Origin: an uncultured Chloroflexia bacterium
GTDB lineage: Bacteria > Chloroflexota > Limnocylindria > QHBO01
Length of the DNA: 64,000 bases
Assembly (NCBI GenBank): GCA_963825525.1
Contig: CAWGTN010000001.1
Location: 4,725-68,724, forward strand
Direction of reading: 5' to 3'
Position numbers and translations under genes: made by a program. Below the pieces are notes generated by a model. That model ran no database searches and had not been told where the DNA came from. It was given only the letters and a program-made list of their open reading frames with translations. This document shows positions 49,350 through 61,562 of this stretch, in pieces (position 1 is the first letter of the stretch; each line of letters starts with the position of its first letter).

Positions 49350-50494
49350 CCGGCGGCTCGAAGTCCCGCCGGGAGTGTGGGGAGTGCCCGTTCGATCACG
49401 AATCGCGCGATGAGCGCGCGCATCACTGGTGAATAGCGGCGTGACGGCTGGCTGAAGGTCGCGGCTCGCGCTCGTTCATCGGCCATGCGCTCGAACCGGA
49501 CGGCGGCGTGATCGGCCATGTCGCGAATGTCGACGACGGCCGTGGTGAGGGCTGGCGCACCGGCGGCCACCGACTCGATGGTTGAGCCGCCGGCGTCAGC
49601 CACTGACACGACGATCGGCTTCGGATTGGCCGGTGGTGGAGGTGGCGGAGCTGACAGGCCTGCCTGGCCACCGCCCGGCGCCGGGCCGACCGGCGTGGCC
49701 GGAGCGGGGGCCGGCGCCAACGTCGGTGCGGCGGTTGGGGCCGGGGTGGCGGGTGCCGGGGTCGCGGTCGGCGATCCGGGCGCCGGAGTCGAGCTGGGCG
49801 GAGGTGTGGGCGCGAGGGTCGGAGCCGGCGTGGGCACAGGTGTCGGAGCGGGCGTTGCGGGCGGCGGCGCTGCGGGCGGCGCGGCGCTGACGACCACGCC
49901 CGTGTAGTACGTCGCCAGGATCTGCGCCGCGCTCTTGCCGGCGAGGCCACACGTCTGCGTGCCCCACTGGAACATCTGCCAGCCATTGGCGTTGGCGCCA
50001 CACGATTCGCCCGGGGCGCCGGCGTTGTAGTACGTGGCGAAAATCCGGCCGTTCCTGTGGGCGAGCGTGCCCCAGGTGGCGTCGACGGCCGACGCCATCG
50101 CGGGGTAGGTGGTGCGCGACGGGTCGTAGTGCTGGTCGCGGGTCGAGTCGAAGACGTCGAAGCAGTCGCCGGCGGTGTTGACGTAGCCGCGCCAATGGAT
50201 CACCTGGTACCAGGCGTAGTTTTTGACGGCGAGCGCGCCGGATCGGATCGACTCGGTCGTCCATGAGCTGATCCATTCGCGCGACAGGACGTTCTTCACA
50301 TAGGTCCGGAAATCGACCGTGTCGACCGCGCCGGTCGTCGTGCGATAGACACGAATCGTCGCCGGCGGGACCGTCTCGGATGCGTACGTGCCGCACGGCC
50401 CGGCCGCAACGGCGGGTCGGGGACCGGCGGGCAGGGTCGCAAGACAGAGGAGGATCGCGGCGAGCAGGCTCGCCACGCGGGGTGATCGCTGCAT
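49346..50494 (-). CDS. Secreted SpoIID/LytB-like domain protein with a Pro/Ala/Thr-rich linker
   Basis: Signal peptide. The SpoIID-like core is FRTYVKNVLSREWISSWTTESIRSGALAVKNYAWYQV. It is followed by a PAPTPAP low-complexity linker of about 100 aa. Confidence 0.6.
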   Translation of the reverse strand: MQRSPRVASLLAAILLCLATLPAGPRPAVAAGPCGTYASETVPPATIRVYRTTTGAVDTVDFRTYVKNVLSREWISSWTTESIRSGALAVKNYAWYQVIHWRGYVNTAGDCFDVFDSTRDQHYDPSRTTYPAMASAVDATWGTLAHRNGRIFATYYNAGAPGESCGANANGWQMFQWGTQTCGLAGKSAAQILATYYTGVVVSAAPPAAPPPATPAPTPVPTPAPTLAPTPPPSSTPAPGSPTATPAPATPAPTAAPTLAPAPAPATPVGPAPGGGQAGLSAPPPPPPANPKPIVVSVADAGGSTIESVAAGAPALTTAVVDIRDMADHAAVRFERMADERARAATFSQPSRRYSPVMRALIARFVIERALPTLPAGLRAAG

Positions 50495-50558
50495 GGAGTC
50501 CGCACCCTATCGGCCTCCAAACCGCACCGCACCCGACCGAAAGTACCGCGGCCGCGGG

Positions 50559-51439
50559 TCAGTCGGCCCAGCGATGGACCCGTTCACGGACGGTGTCGAA
50601 CCCGAGCTCGTCGCACAGCGCCACGAACTCGGCGCGCGGAACGCCATGCCATTCGAGCGAATCGAGGGTCGGCGTGCGAGAGATGTCGGCGTCGCGGTTC
50701 AGGATTGCCAGCCGCCGATACAGGAGCGCATCGGCCCGCTGCTGATCGAGCGTCGCGGCCAGCCGAGATGCATTCCGCAGAGGCACGTCCCAATCGAGCG
50801 CCGAGGGCGGGATGTCCTCGAGATGCTTCCAGCGCGCCAGCACCGCCGATGCGCTCTTGGCACCCCACCCCGGCAGGCCGGGGAAACCGTCGCTGCTGTC
50901 GCCGACGAGTGCGAGATAGTCGGGGATGCTGTCCGGCTCGACCCCGAACTTGCCGATGATGCCGGCTTCGTCGTACGTGATCTGCCGCATCCGATCGCGG
51001 AGCACGATCCGGTCGCTGGCGACAGCTGCCCGAGGTCCTTGTCGACGGAGCAGATGACGATCTGTTCGATCCGCGGATCGCTGCCGAACCGATCGATCGC
51101 GGCCGCGATGCCGTCATCGGCCTCGTCGGCGACCATCGGCCAGACGGCCATGCCCAGGGCTTCCAGCGCGCGCTCGGCGTCGCGGAACTGGGCCAGGAGA
51201 TCGGGATCCATGCCGGCGCTCGATTTGTAGCCGGGGAAGAGGTCGTTGCGCCACGACTCGATGACGTAGTCAGTCGCCGCGCCGATGTGGGTGACGTCCG
51301 GCTCCCGGAGGAGCGACAGCATCGAGTCCACGATGCCCTGGACCGCGTTCACCGGACGCCCATCCGGCGCTCGGCGTGGTGGGCGGGAGTAGTAGGCGCG
51401 AAAGAGTTCGAACGTGGCATCGACGAGGTGGAGCTTCAT
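50559..51439 (-). pseudogene. 5'-3' exonuclease (FEN/Pol I N-terminal-like), disrupted by a 1-nt deletion near 51030-51040
   Basis: The N-terminal part (MKLHLVDATFELFRAYYS...VICSVDKDLGQL) is in one frame. The C-terminal H3TH part (RDRMRQITYDEAGIIGKFGVEPDSIPDYLALVGDSSDGFPGLPGWG) is in another. Restoring a G in ctg(g)tcgcc rejoins GQLVASDRIVLRDRM. Confidence 0.75.
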
Positions 51440-51463
51440 CGGGGTCGAGCATACACATGGGGC

Positions 51464-51491
51464 TTGACACGGTTCGGGCAGCGCGTATAGT
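51464..51491 (+). promoter_or_regulatory. Sigma-70-like promoter, TTGACA-N16-TATAGT, upstream of the ArsR operon
   Basis: TTGACA lies at 51464-51469 and TATAGT at 51486-51491. Confidence 0.55.
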
Positions 51492-51498
51492 TCCGTTA

Positions 51499-51510
51499 GG
51501 TTATATAACC
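51499..51510. promoter_or_regulatory. Perfect 12-bp palindrome GGTTATATAACC, likely the ArsR/SmtB operator
   Basis: It sits between the -10 element and the ribosome-binding site of the ArsR gene. Confidence 0.55.
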
Positions 51511-51524
51511 GAAAGGTGATCGAG

Positions 51525-51896
51525 ATGGGGAATGCGGACCAGCTCAGCGCGACCTTCGCCGCACTCGCCGATCCGACGCGGCGCGCAATCCTCGCGCGTC
51601 TGGCGGTGGGCGAGGCATCGGTCAAGGAGCTGACGCTGCTGTCCGACATGACCCAGCCCGCGGTCTCGAAGCATCTCCGGGTGCTGGAGCGAGCGGGATT
51701 GATCGAGCAGGGGAGGCATGCGCAATGGCGACCACGCCGGTTGCGTGCCGATCCGCTCCGGGACGTGGCCGACTGGGTCGGCACGTATCGGCCGCACTGG
51801 GAGGAGCGCTTCGATCGGCTCGACGCCTTCCTCCGCGATCTCAATGAACGGCAGCAACCGCAGGAAGGAACCGACGATGACCGCGACCAGGACTGA
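51525..51896 (+). CDS. ArsR/SmtB-family transcriptional regulator
   Basis: ALADPTRRAILARLAVGEASVKELTLLSDMTQPAVSKHLRVLERAGLI forms a winged helix-turn-helix. Confidence 0.85.
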   Translation: MGNADQLSATFAALADPTRRAILARLAVGEASVKELTLLSDMTQPAVSKHLRVLERAGLIEQGRHAQWRPRRLRADPLRDVADWVGTYRPHWEERFDRLDAFLRDLNERQQPQEGTDDDRDQD

Positions 51897-52377
51897 CCGA
51901 GGCAGCACCGACTCCACGACGATCTACTCGGAGAACGGTGACCTCACCTACGAGCGCATCTTCGCCGCGCCACGCGAGGCCGTGTGGAAGGCGAACACCG
52001 ATGCCGAGCTCATTCCCCTGTGGTGGGGACCGCACGGAACGTCCACCACCGTCGCCGAGATGGACGTTCGTCCCGGTGGTGCGTGGCGCTTCGTGAGCAG
52101 CGGCCCGGATCGCGAGGACGTCGCGTTCTACGGCGAGTACCTCGAGGTGGTGCCGCCGGAGCGCATCAAGTGGACGTTCATGTTCGACGTCGAAGGTGTG
52201 GGTCCGCAGGGCGGGCCCGAGACGCTCACGCTGGAGGATCTGGGCGACGGGCGAACCCTGATGCGGGCCGTGTCGCACATGGGATCCGAGGAGATCATCG
52301 AGCAGGCGCTGGCGACGGGCATGACGCAGGGCGCGATCGAGACGTGGGATCGGCTGGAGGCACTGTTGGCGGCTTAG
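51877..52377 (+). CDS. SRPBCC-superfamily protein (Aha1 / activator-of-Hsp90-ATPase-homolog-like)
   Basis: Overlaps the ArsR stop. Its composition and size fit the AHSA1/polyketide-cyclase-like fold that commonly pairs with ArsR. Confidence 0.7.
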   Translation: MTATRTDRGSTDSTTIYSENGDLTYERIFAAPREAVWKANTDAELIPLWWGPHGTSTTVAEMDVRPGGAWRFVSSGPDREDVAFYGEYLEVVPPERIKWTFMFDVEGVGPQGGPETLTLEDLGDGRTLMRAVSHMGSEEIIEQALATGMTQGAIETWDRLEALLAA

Positions 52378-52575
52378 TTGAGCGAGCCTCAACCACGTTG
52401 ACCGGGTCCGACCGGGCCCGGTCGCTTGGTGAGCGGGAAATCGCGCAGTAAGCCGCTGGTAATCGACGGGGCGCATGATCGGCGCAGCGGTGTGGGAAGC
52501 GTGCCCTGCGCCGCCGGCCCGGGTTATCCGGCCAGGGCCGGCGGCCCACGCCGCACCATCACGTGGGAGCCCGCC

Positions 52576-53341
52576 GTGCGATACGAGCTCATCGGACGCG
52601 GACTGCGGGCCTTGCGGCATCCGGCACGGCTTGCGCCAGGCAGGACGTCGCCGCAGCGCTGCGGAGCTGAGCCGCGCGGTGATCTCCGACCTCGAACACG
52701 GCCGGATCGAACACCATTCGTTGGCAGCGCTGGTGTCAGCGGCTCATGCGCTCGGGGCGACGCTTCGGATCGACCTCGGCATGCCGGGCGGTGATCTCCA
52801 TCGGTTGCTGGATGCCGACCATGCGTGGCTCCAGGCCGAATGGGCAGGGCTGCTCGAGCGTTCCGGCTGGCTGGCCGAGGCGGAGCGCACGTTCAACCAT
52901 TACGGCGAACGAGGCAGCATCGATCTGATCGCGTGGCACCCGCCGAGCCGAGTGCTGCTTGTTGTCGAGATCAAGACCGTGATTGTCGACGTGCAGGATC
53001 TGCTCGCCGGCATCGATCGTAAGGTGCGCATCGGCGAGATCCTCGCTCGGCAGCACGGGCGGACCGTTTCAAGCGTCGTTCCGGCGCTGATCATTGCCGA
53101 AGGCTCGACGTCGCGGCGCCGCCTCCAGTCGCACGCGGCCCTGTTCCGTCGGTTCGCGCTGCGTGGACGTTCGGCTGTCGCCTGGCTGCGGGCTCCCGCT
53201 GCGGGCGTGGCGCCGACGGGGATCCTGTGCATGTCCAAATTGTCAGGTGCGCATCCTGGCGACCGTAGACGCGCTGGGCGTCAGCGAGTGCGGCTCCGCA
53301 CTCGGGATCCACGCTCAGAGTCCGATGCTCGACGGGCATGA
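52576..53341 (+). pseudogene. XRE-type HTH fused to a PD-(D/E)xK nuclease-fold domain; the HTH is broken by two 1-nt shifts about 25 nt apart
   Basis: The HTH pieces fall in three frames: YELIGRGLRALRHPARLA, then RQDVAAAL, then ELSRAVISDLEHGRIEHHSLAAL. The C-terminal domain has GSIDLIAW...VVEIKT (a D...E.K motif). Confidence 0.5.
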
Positions 53342-53355
53342 CGGCGCCGATATCG

Positions 53356-53498
53356 CGCCTAGCGTCGCCAGGATGCGCAGGTGACGACAGAACGGCCGCT
53401 TGGCGCGGATACCGTCGCCAGGATGCGCAGGTGACGACAGACCGGCCGCTCAGGGCCGATACCGTCGCCGAGATGCGCAGGTGACGACACGCGTCGCG

Positions 53499-53505
<7 letters not shown>
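53356..53505 (+). repeat. Tandem direct repeat, about 2.7 copies of a 50-bp unit
   Basis: Copies at 53360, 53410 and 53460 share TACCGTCGCCAGGATGCGCAGGTGACGACAGA. A partial inverted copy (TGCGCATCCTGGCGAC) lies at 53249-53264. Confidence 0.8.
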
Positions 53506-55254
<1,749 letters not shown>

Positions 55255-55313
55255 CTTGGGGGCAGGGCCGATGTCCCCGCAACCGTGACGCCGCAACGTG
55301 GCAGGATTCGCCC

Positions 55314-57338
55314 ATGAGCGATGACTTCGATTTCGATGCCTACCTTCGTCTGCCTCGCCTCTCGGGCCTCGGCGCCTCACCCGACGGCCAACGCCTGGTC
55401 GTCAGCGTCGGGCGGCCGGCACCCGATGGCAAGAAGATGCACTCGTCCCTGTGGGAGCTGGATGCCAGCGGCGATGAGCGACCGCGCCGCCTGACTCGAT
55501 CCGCACCGGGTGAGAGCGCGGCCACGTTCGCCCGTGACGGCTCGATCCTCTTCACCTCGAGCCGGCCGGATCCGGATCGCGGGCCGGACGACGGAGCGGA
55601 TGACGAAGAGATCTCCGGCCTGTGGCTGCTGCCGCCGAACGGTGGCGAGGCGCGCCTGCTGGCGGCGCCGTCGGGCGGCGTCGATGCGGTGGTCTCCGCT
55701 CGGGACGCCGATGTCGTGGTCTATGCAGCGTCGGTCTTCCCGGGAACCCGGGACGCGGCGAGCGACCTCGAGCGTCACAAGGCACGGAAGAAGGCCGGTG
55801 TCGACGCGCTCCTGTTCGAGACCGTCCCGATCGGTCATTGGGACTCGTACCACGGACCACGGGAACGGCACCTGTTCGCTGCGCCGATGCCGGCGGGCGA
55901 GGATCGCATCGGCGACCCGAAGGACCTGACGCCGGACGCGGGCATCGCCCTCACCGAGCAGGGCTTCGACGTGACCCCGGACGGCGCCACGATCGTCACC
56001 GGGTGGGTGACGAGTGACGAGATCGGCCGGACCGACTTCGGGCTCATGGCGATCGATCGCGCGACAGGCGAGCATCGGCGGATCACGACCGAGGACAGCT
56101 GGTTCGACAGCCCGGCCTGCTCACCCGACGGCCGCTGGGTGGCCTGCGTGCGCTCGGACAAGGACGTTCCGGAGCGAGTCGGCGACGCCACGCTGTGGCT
56201 GATCGACCTGGCGACCGGGGACGGGCGCGATCTCACCCCCGACCTCGACCTCTGGCCGCAGCACCCTGTCTGGTCGGAGGACGGGACGGCCATCTGGTTC
56301 ACCACCGATCGACAGGGCGCCGGTGCCGTGTTCCGCCACGACATCGGCTCCTCGACCACGACCCTCGTGGCCGACGACGGCACCTTCACCGACCTGTCGG
56401 TCCATGCCGCCGGCGGGCCGGTGGCACTCAGCAATTCGTACGCGGATCCTCCCCATCCGGTTCGCCTTGGCGAAGACGGCGCGAGCCAGCGCCTGCGCAG
56501 CTTCGCCGAACTCGATGCCGATGCCATCGCGAAGCTCCCGGGACGTGTGGAGCGCGTCCGCGCCGAGGCATCGGACGGACAGGAGATCGGGTCGTGGCTG
56601 GTGCTGCCGCGCGACGCGTCCGCGGCGGCGCCGGTTCCGCTCGTGGTGTTCGTTCACGGCGGGCCGATCGGCAGCTGGAACGCGTGGACGTGGCGCTGGA
56701 ACGCGCACCTGCTGGCGGCGAAGGGCTACGCGGTCCTGATGCCCGATCCCGCGATCTCCACCGGCTACGGCCACGCCTTCGTCCAGCGCGGCTGGGGCCG
56801 ATGGGGCGCCGAGCCCTACACCGATGTCATGGCTGCCGTGGATGCCGCTCTGGAGCGGCCAGAGCTCGATACGGAGCGCACGGCTCTCATGGGTGGTTCG
56901 TTCGGCGGCTACATGGCGAACTGGGTGGCCGGCAACACCGACCGCTTCCGGGCCATCGTGACCCACGCCAGCCTGTGGGAGCTTCGCGGCTTCCATGGCA
57001 CCACCGACTACGGCCCGGACTGGGAGCGGGAATTCGGCGATCCGTACACGGATCCGTCGCGCTACGAGGAATGGAGCCCCAGCCGGCTGCTTGCCAATAT
57101 CCGCACCCCGATGCTGGTCATCCACGGCCAACGTGACCTGCGTGTACCCGTCAGCGAGGGACTGCGGCTATGGACCGACCTGCGGCGCCACAACGTTCCC
57201 GCGAGGTTCCTCTACTTCCCCGACGAGAATCACTGGATCCTCAAGCCGCAGAACGCGCGCCTCTGGTACGAGACCGTCTGGGCGTTCCTGGATGAGCACG
57301 TTCGTGGCGCCGAATGGCGCCGGCCGTCATTGCTGTGA
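55314..57338 (+). CDS. S9-family serine peptidase (dipeptidyl aminopeptidase / acylaminoacyl-peptidase type)
   Basis: Beta-propeller N-terminal domain (SPDG repeats) and an alpha/beta hydrolase C-terminal domain with GGSFGG and a HGQRDLRVP catalytic region. Confidence 0.85.
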   Translation: MSDDFDFDAYLRLPRLSGLGASPDGQRLVVSVGRPAPDGKKMHSSLWELDASGDERPRRLTRSAPGESAATFARDGSILFTSSRPDPDRGPDDGADDEEISGLWLLPPNGGEARLLAAPSGGVDAVVSARDADVVVYAASVFPGTRDAASDLERHKARKKAGVDALLFETVPIGHWDSYHGPRERHLFAAPMPAGEDRIGDPKDLTPDAGIALTEQGFDVTPDGATIVTGWVTSDEIGRTDFGLMAIDRATGEHRRITTEDSWFDSPACSPDGRWVACVRSDKDVPERVGDATLWLIDLATGDGRDLTPDLDLWPQHPVWSEDGTAIWFTTDRQGAGAVFRHDIGSSTTTLVADDGTFTDLSVHAAGGPVALSNSYADPPHPVRLGEDGASQRLRSFAELDADAIAKLPGRVERVRAEASDGQEIGSWLVLPRDASAAAPVPLVVFVHGGPIGSWNAWTWRWNAHLLAAKGYAVLMPDPAISTGYGHAFVQRGWGRWGAEPYTDVMAAVDAALERPELDTERTALMGGSFGGYMANWVAGNTDRFRAIVTHASLWELRGFHGTTDYGPDWEREFGDPYTDPSRYEEWSPSRLLANIRTPMLVIHGQRDLRVPVSEGLRLWTDLRRHNVPARFLYFPDENHWILKPQNARLWYETVWAFLDEHVRGAEWRRPSLL

Positions 57339-57488
57339 CGATTGCGGCACGCCGAGTGCATGAGGAGGCGGCATGTTTGGATTGATTCGCCGCTTCGTCG
57401 TTGGCTGGCTGCTCGTGAGGCTGCTTCGCCGATTCACCCAGGGCTCGTCTCGGACGAAACCCCGCCGCTAGTCCCCCGGCAAGACCGG

Positions 57489-58440
57489 TCAGCGGGCGCG
57501 GGCGGCCTCGCGCTCGAGGATCTGCGCCCGCTTGGCCTCGAACCGCGACGCCTGGGCGTCGAGGTTGGTGAGGAACGCGCGAAGCTCGGTGCGGCGCCGC
57601 TCGGCCGACGGGTCAATGCCCTCGAGTTCGAAGACGCCCCAATGCGCCAGGAGCGGCCAGACGACGTCGTCGTGATGGACCCGCAGGTCGTAGATACCGG
57701 CCTTCGCCATCTGGGCGGCCTTGCGGGTGAAGTTCACCATCCCTGATCCGGGCATCTGGAAGTCCATGATCTCGTCCGCGATCGCATGCACGGCGGCGGA
57801 CGGGATCGATCTTCATGGCCTCCGACAGCATGTCCCGATAGAAGACCATGTGAAGGTTTTCGTCGGATGCGATGCGGGTCATGATCCTGTCCGCCACCGG
57901 GTCGGACGAGTAGCGCCCCGTGTTGCGGTGGCTGATCCGCGTCGCCAGCTCCTGGAACGCCACGTAGGCCAGGCCGCGCAGGACGTTGCCACCATCATCG
58001 TGGTCATAGGCGGTCTGCAGCTGGTTCATGCGTCCGCGCTCCAGCGCAATCGGATCGATGTTGCGGGTCACCACGAGGTAGTCGCGCAGCACGATGGCAT
58101 GGCGCCCTTCCTCGGCGGTCCATCGGTTCACCCAGTTGATCCACGGGCCGTCGCCGCGGCCGAACATTCGGTGGATCTCGCGGTGATAGCTCGGCAGGTT
58201 GTCCTCGGTCAGGAGGTTGACCTCGAACGCGATCTGCGCCACGCCGCTGATGCGGGGCTGGTCCGGCGTCCAGGGATCCTTGTCGAAATCACGGCCCATC
58301 GAATACGGGATGTAGTCGTGTGGGAACCACTCCTTGGCCATGCCGAGGTGGCGGTTCAGCAGCATCTCGGCCGCGGGCTCGAGCTCGGTCAGGAGGTCGC
58401 GGGGAGGCGTGAAGGAGGGGGTCTCGATCTGGGTCGTCAT
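57489..58440 (-). pseudogene. Soluble acyl-ACP desaturase (DesA1/DesA2-type di-iron enzyme), disrupted by a 1-nt frameshift near 57790-57800
   Basis: Di-iron motifs EEGRHAIVLRDYL and DENLHMVFYRD are in one frame up to ...MKIDP. The normal continuation (AVHAIADEIMDFQMPGSG...) lies in another frame. Confidence 0.75.
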
Positions 58441-58541
58441 CGGGTGCTCCGGTAGCGGGAAGGCGCACCGCTGACCGACGCGCAGGAATGATACGTTTGA
58501 AGTTTATCGTCGCATGAATCGGGCCAACATGCGCGTCGGCC

Positions 58542-58961
58542 TCAGGTTCGTCGTTGATCCTCGCCGTGGATGCCGCGCCCCTCGAGCAGGCGGACGAGAC
58601 CGTCGATGTCGTCGACCGTGACCGTGAGTGACTCCATTCGTCCACCAAGGACGTAGCGAGAGGGGACCCATTCCTCGAAGCACAGGCACACTCCGCCATG
58701 CGTGCTGGTGCCGAAGGTGAAGCCCCGATCGGCGCCGGACGCGTGCGGGCCGATCGCCCTCCAGAAGCGATAGGGCCCGGTGATCAGGTACCCGCTCACG
58801 TTTTCCATCGGCGTCTCGAGGCTGAACGGGCCGAATCGGGCCAGCAGGCGTCCGTCGGCGGTGATGGTGACCTGGGCTGCGCCCGGCTTGACGCCGAGGA
58901 GTCGGAGCGGCCACCGCCACGGATTGGCGAATCTCAGGGGAAAGGTCGCGTCCCCGCTCAT
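58542..58961 (-). CDS. Hypothetical protein of about 140 aa
   Basis: Open frame immediately downstream of the glutamate dehydrogenase gene, with a protein-like composition. No family assigned. Confidence 0.45.
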   Translation of the reverse strand: MSGDATFPLRFANPWRWPLRLLGVKPGAAQVTITADGRLLARFGPFSLETPMENVSGYLITGPYRFWRAIGPHASGADRGFTFGTSTHGGVCLCFEEWVPSRYVLGGRMESLTVTVDDIDGLVRLLEGRGIHGEDQRRT

Positions 58962-58966
58962 GACGG

Positions 58967-60226
58967 TCAGGGGTAGAGGCCGCGCAGGGTCGTGGCCTCG
59001 GCCACCCGACCCACCGCGACCATCATCGCCGCGGCGCGCAGGTCGACCTTCTGGGCTTCGGCCATCGCGCGGACCCCGGCCATCGCCTCGTCCATGATGC
59101 GATCGAGCTGTGCCGTGATCTCGTCCCGCGACCAGAAGAACGCCTGCATGTCCTGCACCCACTCGAAGTAGCCGAGCACCGTCCCGCCCGATGTGCAGAT
59201 GATGTCCGGGATGACCGTCACGCCACGGTCGGCGAGGATCGCGTCGGCCGACGGGGTGACTCCGCCGTTCGCCACCTCGGCGATGAGTCGAGCGCGCACC
59301 GTCGGTGCGGTCACGTCGCTGACCTCGCCCTGCAGCCCGGCCAGGGCGATGACTGCGCAGTCGGTCGCAAAGAGATCGGCCTTCGAAATCGGCTCTGTGT
59401 CAGCCAGCCCGCGGATCGTGTCGCGCTCACGCATCCAAAGCACGGCGGCGGCCACGTCGATCCCGGATGCGTTCATGACACCCTCCGCGTCGTCGCCGAT
59501 GGCCACGATCACGGCGCCCGCCGCGTGGAGCTCTTCAGCGAGGGTCATGCCAACGCGGCCGAACCCCTGGATGGCAACCCGCGTCCCTTCCAGTGTGCCG
59601 TTGGCGGTGGCGATGCAGCGCAGCGCACCGCGAGCCGTGGCGCTCCGACGCCCGCGTGTGCCTCCCACCGACATCGGCTTGCCGATGACGGAGGCGGCGA
59701 CAGTGTGACCGCGGTGCATCGAGAAGGTGTCCATCATCCATGCCATGGTCTGCGAGCCGGTATTGACGTCAGGCGACGGAATGTCGCTGCTGGGTCCGAG
59801 CAGGGGGCCGATCTCGGTGGCGAAGCGTCGCGTGAGCCCCTGCCGCTCCTGCTCGCTGAGCCGCCGGGGGTTGACCCGCACCCCTCCCGCCGCCCCACCG
59901 AACGGGATGTGAACGAGCGCGGCCTTCCAGGTGTTGAGCATGGCCAGCGCGCGGACCTCGTCGAGATCGAGGTTCGGCACGTAGCGCACGCCGCCCGAGA
60001 CGGGTCCGCGGTTCACGTTGTGGTGCACGCGATAGCCCGTGTAGACCATGACCCGGCCATCCTCGTGGGTGACCGGGAAGTTGACCGTCAGCTCCCGCTT
60101 CGGGACCCGCAGGACGCGATGCATCCCCTCGTCGAGGTGAAGCCGGTCGGCGGCCGCATCCAGCTCGGCCTGGGTCGTGGTCCAGATGTTGTCGGCGCGT
60201 GCCGCGCCTGGATTCGGGGACGCCAT
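58967..60226 (-). CDS. gdhA: Glu/Leu/Phe/Val-family dehydrogenase (glutamate dehydrogenase, about 420 aa)
   Basis: Active-site and dimerisation motifs (VHIPFGGAAGGVRV) and an NAD(P)-binding domain (AIQGFGRVG). Confidence 0.85.
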   Translation of the reverse strand: MASPNPGAARADNIWTTTQAELDAAADRLHLDEGMHRVLRVPKRELTVNFPVTHEDGRVMVYTGYRVHHNVNRGPVSGGVRYVPNLDLDEVRALAMLNTWKAALVHIPFGGAAGGVRVNPRRLSEQERQGLTRRFATEIGPLLGPSSDIPSPDVNTGSQTMAWMMDTFSMHRGHTVAASVIGKPMSVGGTRGRRSATARGALRCIATANGTLEGTRVAIQGFGRVGMTLAEELHAAGAVIVAIGDDAEGVMNASGIDVAAAVLWMRERDTIRGLADTEPISKADLFATDCAVIALAGLQGEVSDVTAPTVRARLIAEVANGGVTPSADAILADRGVTVIPDIICTSGGTVLGYFEWVQDMQAFFWSRDEITAQLDRIMDEAMAGVRAMAEAQKVDLRAAAMMVAVGRVAEATTLRGLYP

Positions 60227-60271
60227 GGGCTCAGCCTAGCGCGAACCGCGGGCCGCGGAATGCCCGTCTCG

Positions 60272-61450
60272 TCAGAAGCCCTGGATGCCGGCGTACCACT
60301 TGCGCAACGTCACGTCGCCGATCTCGACCCAGGCGTCATTCATGGCCCAGGTCGCGTCCAGCCATTGCCGAGCCTCGTCGAGCTCCGCCGGCTCGAGAAC
60401 CTGGTTCAGGAGCCATTCGAACTCGTCAACCGCGATCGGCCGATCGAACGCCTGTCCATCGTGATCGGTGATCTGCATCGAGAAGCCGCTCGGCTCCCCG
60501 TTCGACTCTCCGAACGCCACGACCCTCTCCGCCTGTCGGGTCGGCTGGTCGACGCACGTCCAGCCGGCTTGGACCACCCCGTCGGTGGCCGTGTGCGCTC
60601 GTTCACAGGCCATGCCGAGGGCGGTGAAGCGGCGGGCAAGCTCTGCGGCATCGCGAGTGGGAGGGCGGGCAAGCTGCGCTGACGCTGACGCCGTCGCCGA
60701 TGGCATGGCCGTCGGGTCCGGAGACACGAGCTCGCCCAACCCAGGCGACGGACGACTGATCACCGATGCGAGGACGATCACTCCGACCCCGATGCCGCCC
60801 ACGATCAGCGCGGCGACCGGACGCCGACCACGCGCGACGTGCAACGCCGCGACGGCCGCGGACAGGATGGTCACCAGCAGAGCTCCCGCCACGAGCGGTG
60901 CGGACCACCCTGATGTGGGGCGGACAGGGGCCTCGGAAGCCGATGCCGACGCCCTTGGCGCGGGGGACCCCGTCGGGTCGGGCGCGATCGCGATCGGGCG
61001 GATGTCGCGGAGGTCGGCGAAATCGCTGCGGACCGCGATCGGATCGGTCAGCCCGATGAGCTGCTCGGCCTCCTGCCGGCTGTGGATGGGCGTCGGGCGC
61101 ACGCACGGGCCTGACGCCAGGCTCCCGTCCCGCTGGGTCGAGACCACGAACGCGTAGGTTCCCGCCTCGATAGGCCGCGCCTGGAAGGTGATCCAGTCGT
61201 GCGTGATCGTGACGACTGGCGGGAGGTCGTCGCCCCGCAGGACAGCGTCCACCGTGAGCGTGAGCTCGACCACCTGCGTCGCATCGGCGGCATCTTCCAG
61301 CGTGCCGATGAAGATCGTCGCGTCCTCGGCATCGGGCGGCCCGCCCTGGAGAAGCGTCGACACCGAGGTGAGAACGCAGCTCGTGCCCACGCCGTGGGCC
61401 GGCAGCGCCAGCCATGCCACCAGAACTGCGATCCCCACCACCGTCCGCAT
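60272..61450 (-). CDS. Hypothetical secreted / single-pass membrane protein
   Basis: N-terminal signal peptide and a central transmembrane segment (APLVAGALLVTILSAAVAAL). No recognised domain. Confidence 0.5.
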   Translation of the reverse strand: MRTVVGIAVLVAWLALPAHGVGTSCVLTSVSTLLQGGPPDAEDATIFIGTLEDAADATQVVELTLTVDAVLRGDDLPPVVTITHDWITFQARPIEAGTYAFVVSTQRDGSLASGPCVRPTPIHSRQEAEQLIGLTDPIAVRSDFADLRDIRPIAIAPDPTGSPAPRASASASEAPVRPTSGWSAPLVAGALLVTILSAAVAALHVARGRRPVAALIVGGIGVGVIVLASVISRPSPGLGELVSPDPTAMPSATASASAQLARPPTRDAAELARRFTALGMACERAHTATDGVVQAGWTCVDQPTRQAERVVAFGESNGEPSGFSMQITDHDGQAFDRPIAVDEFEWLLNQVLEPAELDEARQWLDATWAMNDAWVEIGDVTLRKWYAGIQGF

Positions 61451-61562
61451 CGCCAGAGTCTAGGTGGGGTGGCAAGATATGCCCGTCCAATCCAGATCGT
61501 CGCGCCGGCTGCCTGCATATTTGCCGATCGGCGCGTCACCGCATCCCAGAGGAGGACCGCCG

